Shown here: positions 19,546-28,525 of the stretch, piece by piece | How positions within the stretch are numbered: the stretch's first letter is position 1 | How the letters are laid out: each line of letters starts with the position of its first letter | Origin: Prorocentrum cordatum | Taxonomy: Eukaryota | Direction of reading: 5' to 3' | Assembly (NCBI GenBank): GCA_963575745.1 | Contig: CAUYUJ010000286.1 | Coordinates: 1-64,000 of the forward strand | Length of the DNA: 64,000 nucleotides | Translations under genes and position numbers: made by a program | Notes under the pieces: generated by a model | Seen by the model: only the letters and a program-made list of their open reading frames with translations | What the model was told of the DNA's origin: nothing | The model's database searches: none

Positions 19546-22500
19546 ATGGACGGCTGGGATGTTTTCTTGGACGCCATTCCGCCGCCGCCCGCCGCGCCTA
19601 GCGGCGGGGCGACGCGCCCGCGACCCGCCGCCAGCAGCCAACCGCCAGCCCTGGGGGCGCCGCTGTGCAGGGACTTCCAATTCACTCGCCTCAGTGACTA
19701 CACCATCGACAAGTACGAGAAGCACGTCGACTTGTGTGATTCTGTAGATTGCGTTATCTGTTTCGCAGCTAAACGCCTGGGTACATCGCACTGGTTCTGG
19801 CGCGAAACCCTCTTGGACCCTCTGGCCCCAGACCGCGGTACGTGGGCAGCGTTCGCGACGATGTCGACGGGAAGGCCAGCGCTGGGCTGCTGGATATGCT
19901 CTACAAGCACCAAGATGAACAAGCCCGGCCTCGCCCAATTCAGTTTGGATTCGCCTGATGTCCTGATCCAATCCAACATCAAGAAGCACGTGAGCTCACA
20001 GATTCACAAGGAGCTGAGCAGCGTCGTCGTTGGCACCATCGCATCTGGGAAGACGCCTGTCCAAATTACGGTTCCTGGGGCCCCATCTGTTTCGACTTTC
20101 AGAAGCCTCCTGCAGGCAGTTCGGGGAGAGGGCCCATCCGACCTCCCCGCATTCGGAAGAGCAAGAAAGAAGAGACGCATGGTTTGGTGCATAGCCGAGG
20201 CATTGCGGTCTCTATTGCGCTCCTTCTTCAAGAAGAAGACAGTGTCTTCTATTCTGCAAGACACTACGGAGGAGGTCCTGCTCATGCGCATCAGGGGCTG
20301 CGATACGAACATCAACGTGATGAGCGGTATCGTCGGTGTATGTGATTTGACAAAGCCGCCGTTCAACGGCAGAGCGACTGGCATCCGGGACGCTTCCCTG
20401 CACGTCCTTCGGGAGTTTTGCACGCCACTTCGGGGCCCGCCGTTTTCGAAGAAGCACGGCAGATTCGACCAGAAGCTGTTCAAGAGCGTGTGCGAGTCCG
20501 TGCAGATGTATACAGCTGACTCTGCAGCGCCGGAGCAAGTGGCTGGCAAGTTCTTGAAGGACCTTCTGCCGCTGCTGCTCTCCTTCTCTTTTACTCTCCT
20601 CCCTCCTTCTCCTCGTTCACTCTCCCTCGTCTTCCACCTCCCTTATCACCACCTCCACCGCTGCTGCTCCGCCTCCTCGTGCTCTCCTAACCCTCTTTCT
20701 CCCCCTCCTCCGCAACCTCCGTTCCCTTCTGCCCTCCTCCTCTCCTCCTCCGCTCCATCCCATTTTCCGCGCCCTGAGAGGACGCCGGGTGGGCCCAGGC
20801 AGCTAGGTGCATTTCTCGCGACGTGCTCCCTAACTTGAAAAAGGTTGCGCAGGACAAGCCCCACGGCGTCCGGAGGGCGTGCTCGAGGGCATGGGCTGCA
20901 GACCAGTACCTGAGCGACACGGCGGACATCATGATCCTCGCGAAAGGTTCGATCACGACCCTGATACAGAACTCCCCGACGTTCAAGGGATGGTTTCAGC
21001 AACACAATGAGAAGTTGGATCACTGCCCGTTCCAGGCCAACAGGATCCGCGACCTGAGCTTCGCAAAGCATCGCTTCAATTCGACGCAGAAGCCTTTCGG
21101 GCGACACGTCCTGATGTTCAAGAGCGTGATTGCGACGGCAACCCAGATAGCTACCTCTCGCGTGGGCAAGCAGGAGAGCAAGCTGGCCTCGGCGTACTTG
21201 TCCTTTCTGGACGTGGAGCGCGCAGTCACGTTGGCTCTCCTGGCAGATGCGGGGGACGAGTGCAACATGCTCATCCGCGTCATGGACACCGAGCGCATGG
21301 ACGTCTCTGCTGTTTCCATGAACTTGCGCGCCTTCCTCAGCAGGATCCATGCTCTCTTCGTTGATGAACATTGTTGGAAGCTCGGCTACACGCAGTACAT
21401 GGTGCAGCAACTTCAGGAGCCCGTGCTCCTCCTCGCAATGGATGGTCAGAAGACGCTGGGATGCGCGGCCGGCGTCCCCGTCGACGTCAAGAGGAGGTGC
21501 GTGCAACGGATGGCTAATTGGGTCCACTTGGCCCGCGAGACCATACGTGCAGAAATTCCAGAGTTCGAGATCATCTACGCGATGAGGGCATTCAATCTCG
21601 GCGAGCTATCGCAGTCCCTCGGCGCGCCCGCACAGGGTTCGCAGCATGACCTAGGGAATCAGACTATGTCCCAATTGCGAGCAAGTTGCGACAGCTTGGC
21701 CGAATTCGTCTGCGTGAACCCGACCGCACTGTTCAGCCAGCTCAACGACGTGAGGCCGATAGCGCAGCAGATGCTGATAGACCCGTCTTGTACTGGTACT
21801 ATTGCCGCGTGGGCGATGGCGGTTGCCGAGTGTCAGAAAGACGCCCGAAACGCGAAGCTCCACCCGGTGGGGGCGTTGAGGCCAGTACTGATGACCTTCG
21901 GCGCCTACGGCCCGAGCACTAGCGGCCTCGAGCAGAACTTCTCGCAGATCCTCAACCTCGCTGGCGCGAATCGGCCAGACAAGTGGGGGGGCTACATACA
22001 GGACGAGCTCGTGATCAAGCAGCCGTGGAGCAAGGGCCACATCGATCGAGCGGCGGCGCTGGCGCCTAAGATCTGGGCAAAGATTTACGGACCGGTTCGC
22101 AGGCCAAGAGTGCGCGTCCGCATGGACATTCACAAGGAAGCCCCCGCAAGGGCGCGCGACGTCAACACTGAGACGTCCTGGATTCGGGGCAGGCGCGCCG
22201 ATGTTCAGGGCGTTGTTTCCCAGAAACGGCCAGTCGACTTGACGAGCGCCCCGGGCACGCGGACCGTCGGGGTTGACGGATGGACCGCCGACCACGAGAA
22301 GGAGGTGAAGTTCCAGCAGAATAAGAGGCAGAAGCGTTTCCACGATTCCGCGCTGAATGGAGAGATCCCGGAGGACCAGCTGGCCTGCGCCAGCGAGGAC
22401 CCAGGATGGAACAATGAAAATTTCCTCCTCACCCTCCTATCCCTGGCCCCGCCCCCCTCCCGTCCCTGGCCCCACACTCCTCGCCCTCCTATCATCCCTG

Positions 22501-23489
22501 GCGCCACGTCGGAGGGCCCCTGCGGGGCGCGGGAAGTCAGCAGGGGAAAAGCTGTGCACAGGGGGAGGGGGCTGAGGGGGGGAGGAGGAGAACACTCGAA
22601 CAGGCACGTGGTCAGCCAAGTCAAAGCGGCGACATGCAACGCAGGAAAACAATGCAATGCTGATGATGCAACACAGCAAAAAACGGGGGGGGAGGACGGG
22701 GGGGGACGGGGGGGGAGGAGGAGGACGGGGGGGGAGGACGCGGCGGAGGAGGAGGACCCAAACTATCTTCTGATTTCGGGGGTGTGTCACCATCAGGAGG
22801 AGCTCAAGGGCGTCCTCGACCAAGTAGCGACGGAGAGAAAGAGGGTCAATGCATACGTGGCGAAGGCCAAGAGACAGTCCGCAGCCGAGGCGCCGCGCGT
22901 CGCACGACTGCGCGGCAAGAATGTTTTCTTCGATAAGTCCGTGGCCCTCCCGGAGGCGAGCCGTGTTGCTGACGTACTAAATAGGAACGGGGCCGGCGTA
23001 GTTGCGACTCGTCCAGAGGCGGACGTGTTCGTTGTTAAGGATGTGGAGTCTCCTGGGCAGCGCGTCCAGTTCGCGGCAGCCCTGATCGGCGGCGTGGTGT
23101 GCACGTTTGTATATCTCGAAACGCGCGGCGCTGCGGGCGTCGCCGTGGCTTACAAGCCGCAAGTCACAATGCATCGGTTTGCTTGGTGTTCGGCAGCGTT
23201 CATAGCTGCGCACCCATCTTCGCACGAGATAATTCGGGGAATGAGCGAGCGGAGCGAGTCTAAATGGACTTTGTATGAGCCTGATTGTAAGCTTGTGTTC
23301 GCAGAGAAGGCGACCCGTCTCAACGCGCAGAAGAAATTCGCGAACTCCGTTGCTTTTGTGACTGCCGGGGAAAAGGCCGATCCAGCCATCTCGTGCGTGA
23401 GAACGCGCCTTACAGGCCCTGAGGCGCTTTTAAAGTATGTGGTGCTGGACCCCGTTCGATGCGCGGTCGGCGCGTGCCATCGACGATGA
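19546..23489 (+). CDS. hAT-like DDE transposase (~1107 aa, 3 exons) with N-terminal zinc finger and C-terminal BRCT-like domain
   Basis: Exons 19546-20559, 20781-22397, 22797-23489 join in phase 0 through GA-AG introns. ZnF GCWIC...KKHVSSQIH; D1 SILQD; D2 YTADSAAPE; DxxH (QDKPH); HRFNS (cf. hAT TRWNS); catalytic E in GPSTSGLEQNFS (cf. PxxSxxxERxFS). BRCT-like LRGKNVFF...LNRNGAGVV...ADVFVV...AALIGGVVCTFVYL. Confidence 0.85.
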
Positions 23490-23857
23490 TTCGGAGTGTT
23501 GCAAGGCTGCAAAACACATTCGAGATTTGGCGAGGCTGTTGCGGCCTGGGCGGTTGCAAGTAAAACACAAATCATCATCATCGTCATCGCCACTGTCATC
23601 ATCATCATCATCATCATCATCACAAGCTCGATCACCTCGGTCATCGTCATCACCGCCGCTGCCGCCACCGCAATCGCCATCATCGCTCGCAGTCGCAGCC
23701 GACGCCCCAACGAAACGAGAGGGGGAGGGGAAGCAGCGGGAGGAGGAAGAGGAGGGGGAGGGGGTGGGGCAGGCCTACGGCGCGAAACACAAACAGACGA
23801 GCAGGGCAATTGCGAAGCCGAAAAAACGTTTCGCAAGAAGCGAGCGAAACGCACCAG

Positions 23858-23879
23858 TCCGCAATGGTTTTGGCCCAAA
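23858..23879 (+). other. Relict spliced leader upstream of the second DNMT
   Basis: TCCGCAATGGTTTTGGCCCAAA, 15/22 to DinoSL, 59 nt before ATG 23939. Confidence 0.5.
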
Positions 23880-23938
23880 TTGATTTGGGCAGGCGCACGT
23901 ACCGCCGTGCAAACTTTTGCCGACCGACGCGGGTCGCC

Positions 23939-25315
23939 ATGGCCTTCAATCAGCAGTCTGCCCCGTTGCCTCTGCGCCCGTTGCCTCTGCGCCCGTTGGG
24001 CTTGCCGCCCCGCCCGCGCAAGCGCCCGGCCCCTGAGCTTCCTGTGCAGGAGGAGGACCCACCAGAGGTGGCCCCGGCGGAGCTGGATGATACGCGGCAG
24101 TCGCTGGAGGTGCTGGACGTGGAGATGGCGTCCCAGCTGGAACTCGGCACTGGTGGTATCAGCAGCGACAAGGTGGTCTTGGGCACCGACTGCTCGGGGC
24201 TGGACACGTTCAAGGTCGCTTTGGACGCTGTTCTGGTCAAAGGCGGGAAGGATGTCGTGCACGCGTTCGCGTCCGACAACCGGCTGTGGGCACGCAAGTT
24301 CATCAAGAAGCACAACCCGGGCTTGTGCATCGTGTGCAGCGACATCACCAAGCGCCCCAACAAGCAAACGCCCTACGTGGACATTTACTGCGCCTCGCTT
24401 CCGAACAATGGCCAGTACACGGCACAGGAGCTGTCCGACGGCGTGGATAACCCCCACGACAAGGATATCGTCACGATGCACGTTCTCAACTACATCAAGG
24501 AGAAGAGGCCCAAGGCATTCCTGCTCGAGTCCAGGGCCCACCTCTACAGCGCGAGCATGAAGCCAGAGATGGCGGCGGTGCACGGCTACCTGCAGAAGAA
24601 GCTCACGACCGAGAGCGGCGACCCGAGCTACTACGTCTGGAGCGACCCGATGGACGCGCGTTGCGATGGTGGCCTGCCTCAGGCGTCGCAAAGGTTGTTC
24701 TTCGTTGGCATCCTCAAGACGGCAGTGGATCCCAGGGCCGTTTCCAACCCGTTGACCCTCTCTCAGATGGAGGAGAAGAGCCTCGCGGACGTGCTGGACC
24801 CATACGTCGCGCCACTCTCCAGGCCCGACTTCGACGAGCCGCCAGGCCTGAGTCCGGCCCAGCTCCGCAATTACAAGAAGGTCAAGGACTGGCTCGAGCC
24901 CGCCATAGACGTGAAGATGCCGAACCCCCCTGGCAATCAGATCATCATCTCGGACTTGAGCGTCGGTCCGACGAGGGACCCCGACACTTTGCGAGGATGC
25001 TCGATCGGCCTGACGCCCAGCCGCCCGAACGGCTACTTCATCTGGGGGAGGCAGCGGTTCATGACGACTACTGAGATGGAGTCGCTGCAGGCCATTCCGA
25101 ACGACCACTTTAAGTACGACGGCATCATCAGCGAGAACCAGTACAAGAAGCTCGTCGCTGAGGCGCCGCCTGCCCCGATAGTCGGCCGCGTCTTGCGCAA
25201 GATTTTGCTACAGGTGAAGCTCCCTCCGGCTATCGTGGAGCCCGACCCTTGGTGCCCTTCTTCGGGCTGGGCGAAGGCGAAGGCTTATCCTCCTGTGTTC
25301 CCCTACTTCGACTGA
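23939..25315 (+). CDS. C5 DNA methyltransferase-fold protein, predicted catalytically inactive paralog
   Basis: Collinear with 10508-11857: LGTDCSG, HAFASDN, SDIT, GGLPQ, RFMTTTEMESLQ retained. Motif IV is SLPNNGQY (no PC), motif VI is LLESRAH (no ENV), motif VIII is QASQR, motif X is LVAEA. ORF uninterrupted. Confidence 0.85.
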   Translation: MAFNQQSAPLPLRPLPLRPLGLPPRPRKRPAPELPVQEEDPPEVAPAELDDTRQSLEVLDVEMASQLELGTGGISSDKVVLGTDCSGLDTFKVALDAVLVKGGKDVVHAFASDNRLWARKFIKKHNPGLCIVCSDITKRPNKQTPYVDIYCASLPNNGQYTAQELSDGVDNPHDKDIVTMHVLNYIKEKRPKAFLLESRAHLYSASMKPEMAAVHGYLQKKLTTESGDPSYYVWSDPMDARCDGGLPQASQRLFFVGILKTAVDPRAVSNPLTLSQMEEKSLADVLDPYVAPLSRPDFDEPPGLSPAQLRNYKKVKDWLEPAIDVKMPNPPGNQIIISDLSVGPTRDPDTLRGCSIGLTPSRPNGYFIWGRQRFMTTTEMESLQAIPNDHFKYDGIISENQYKKLVAEAPPAPIVGRVLRKILLQVKLPPAIVEPDPWCPSSGWAKAKAYPPVFPYFD

Positions 25316-25528
25316 GGTCTGAGGCCCCGGTCTTGCCGCGCTCTGGTGGGGCCCCGAGACGGCTGAGGGGGGCAGGGGGAGGGGGAGGGAGGATGAGGAG
25401 AAGGATGAGGAGGCAGGATGAAACGAGTGCCTAGTAGCTAGCTGCCGCCCGAGCGAGGCTCGGAAGGAGGGGATAGCCACTCCCAGAGTGCGACCGTGCC
25501 TGCTCGCCAAAATCCTTAACGCTTCGCG

Positions 25529-26252
25529 TATCCCCACCAGCCCATCCAGAAACAATCGCCAGGCGAGTTGAGGTGTTGTTGCGAGAGGCTCTCGGAGGTC
25601 TCTTGTGGCCATCTTGGGGCTCTCTTGGGGTCCTCTTGGGGTCCTGTTGGGGTCCTCTTGGGGCCCTCTTGGGGCCCTCTTGGGGCTCTTTCGGGGCCAT
25701 ATTGGGGCCCTCTTGGGGCTCTTTGGGGGAGTCTGAGAGGTCTCTTGGGACCGCTTTGGGCCCCATGGCTCAGCCCCCCCCCCCCATCGGAGGCTCAAAG
25801 GCCGTCTTGGGGCCCTCTTCTTGGGGCGGGGCTCTCTTGGGGCGCTTGGGCGTTCTTGGGGCCCTCTTGGTGCCTCTTGGGCCCCTCTTGGGGCTCTCTT
25901 GGGCCATCTTGGGGCGATCTTGAGGCCTCCGAGGCCCATCGGAAGCGAAAAGGCGAGAAGGCCAAAAACATTGATTTTCCTTAAGTTTTGGAGCCATTTG
26001 GGCCTCTCAGAGGGGTCCTTGGAGGGCTCGGTGGGCACTTGAATTCGTCTTGGGGCCGTCTCGGGGCCTCTTGGAGGTATGTCGGAGATTATCTTGAGCC
26101 ATCTTGAGCTATCGTGCGCAATCTTGGGCTCTCGGAGGGCCTCTTGGAGCCATCTTGGGCCATCTTGGACGCTCTAACCCTTCCGTCTCCCCAACAGTCC
26201 ATCCAACACCACGTACTGTTAAACCACCTACGCCCAGAGGGCTGGTGGGATA
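25529..26252. mobile_element. MITE-like element with ~14-bp terminal inverted repeats
   Basis: Left TATCCCCACCAGCCC, right GGGCTGGTGGGATA. Internal ~11-12-nt GGGCCCTCTTG subrepeats. Relatives at 1236-1500 and, inverted and partial, ~7265-7320 and ~30400-30680. Confidence 0.6.
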
Positions 26253-26626
26253 ACCTCTTCGCCCCTGGTCACCCTCCCTCACCCTCCCCCCCTCCCCTCA
26301 CCCCCCCCCTCCTCAGCCCCCCCCCTTCCCCTCACCCTCCCTCACCCTCCCTAACCCTCCCCCCCCTCCCTCACCCTCCTCCCCTCGCCCCTCCTGTCTT
26401 CGCCTCCTCCCCCTCCCCTCACCTCCTCCTCCTACTCATCCTCCAACAAGCTGTGACTCCAAGAGCCTCCCTTCCCCCCTCCCCCTCCCACTTATCCTCC
26501 TCCCCCTCGCGCGGGCGCCGCCCCCGCCTCCGGCAGGTGGTCGACGCGGCGGTCGACGTCGTCGGCGAGGGGAGGAGGGGGGGGCCCTGCCGGCGAGGGG
26601 AGGAGGGGGGGAGGAGGGGGGGAGGA

Positions 26627-26678
<52 letters not shown>

Positions 26679-27127
26679 TAGACGACAACGATGAGCACTA
26701 CGACGACCACGACGATGAGGTCGGCTGGTTCGGCCACAGGGGGAGACGACGACGTCAAGGACGACGACGACGACCACGACCACGACGCGATCGTACCCCC
26801 TGCGATCCACATAAAAACGTGGTGGAACCACGTTCCCCCTGCAATCCACATATAAACGTGGTGGAACCACGTCCCCCTTGTTTCATTTTGTTTCACTTAA
26901 GGCCCCTATGTTTCACTTAAACCCCATGGGTAAAACCCCAATGGTAATGATGATGGTGCGTGCCGTGTCGGGAGAGGCCGCGCATGCCTACGCGTTTTTT
27001 TTCCCGGAAAGGGCTTGAGCCCAGGGTTCTCTTTTAGATGGTTTCCCCCCGGGTTTGACGGGAAGAGGGCCAGCGAATTTCTTTTGCGATAAATAACGAG
27101 TGGGAAGAGGGCCGGCGAATTAAAATT

Positions 27128-27555
27128 CGAGGATGTCCCTAGCGAAACGTTTGTTTTTCAGAATTTATTGAGGATGTCTCGAGCGAAACGCTTGTTTTGT
27201 GTTGTAGATTGTCCTCTCCTGGGGACCTGAATTCTGAGGATCTCTCAAGTGGATTGCTTGTTTTCACGTGCCCAGGTCTTGAGGATGTCTCGAGCGAGAC
27301 GCTTGGTTTCACGCCTCCAGGTGGCCCAGACAGATGTCTAGCATGAGGATTTGTTGAGGATGTCTCGAACCAGAGGCTTATTTTCACGTGTCCAGGTCGC
27401 CCAGGCGGATGTCTAGCATGAGCATTTGTTGAGGATGTCTCGAGCGAGACGCTTGTTTGCACGTGTCCAGGTTGCCCAGGCTGATGTCTAGCATGAGGAT
27501 GTGCTGACAACGTCTTGAGCGAAACGCGTGTTTTCACATGTCCAGGTCGCCCAGG
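27128..27555 (+). repeat. Degenerate tandem repeat (GAGGATGTCTCGAGCGA.ACGCTTGTTTTCACGTGTCCAGG core)
   Basis: About 7 imperfect copies visible. Confidence 0.85.
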
Positions 27556-28410
27556 CACAGCACAGCCCTCGGTACGGTACATCAACATCGATACCCTTAG
27601 CATTGCAGCCTGGCATGTTGCCTGGCACGTTCCGCGGAGCGTCCCGTGGCGAGTCCCCCTGGCACGTCGCGCGGTGCACGTCCATTGGCACGTTCCGTAG
27701 CGCGTCCCCTTGGCACGTCCCGCGGTGCGTGCCCATGGCACGTCCCCTGTCACGTCGCCTGGCGCGTCCCTTGGGACGTTCCGCGGCGCGTCCTCCTGGC
27801 ATGTTCCCTCTGTCGATTGGTTCTGGGGCAGCTACCATCTGCTCAGGCAGCTCGAGCTTACGATCCAGATCAGTTCGGTGAGGACCCGAATGCCAGGGAG
27901 GACTCGATCCACAACGCTATATAGAGCACAATCGCGGCATGGCACATCGCAGTTCAGCACGGCCCAGCACAGCACAGCCGTCGGCACGGTACATCAAGAT
28001 CGATACACTCAACTATGCACCTTGGCACGTTCCTTGGCGCGTTCCGTGGCGAGTCCACCTGGCACGTTGCGCGGCGCGTCCCCTGGCACGTCCCTCGGCA
28101 CGTCCATTGGCACGTTCCGTAGCGCGTCCCCTTGGCACGTCCCGCGGTGCGTCCCCATGGCACGTCCCCTGGCACGTCGCCTGGCGCGTCCCTTGGGACG
28201 TTCCGCGGCGCGTCCTCCTGGCATGTTCCCTCTGTCGATTGGTTCTGGGGCAGCTACTATGTGCTGAGGCAGCTCGAGCTTACGCTCCAGATCAGTTCGG
28301 TGAGGACCCGAATGCCAGGGAGGACTCGATCCACAACGCTATATAGAGCACACTCGCGGCATGGCACATCGCAGTTCAGCACGGCGTAGCACAGCACAGC
28401 CCTCGGCACA
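27555..28410 (+). repeat. ~412-422-bp tandem duplication with TGGCACGTCC subrepeats
   Basis: Copies start GCACAGCACAGCC at ~27555, ~27967 and a partial at ~28389. Confidence 0.9.
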
Positions 28411-28413
28411 GCA

Positions 28414-28525
<112 letters not shown>

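Noticed and set aside
1157..25108. Long antisense ORFs (1157-2557, 20646-21527, 23150-25108 and similar)
   Set aside because: Shadow frames of GC3-rich real genes on the opposite strand.
27128..27141. Ac-like terminal sequence (reverse complement TAGGGACATCC)
   Set aside because: It is equally explained as a degenerate unit of the adjacent GAGGATGTCTCGAGCG tandem repeat, and no partner TIR is in the window.
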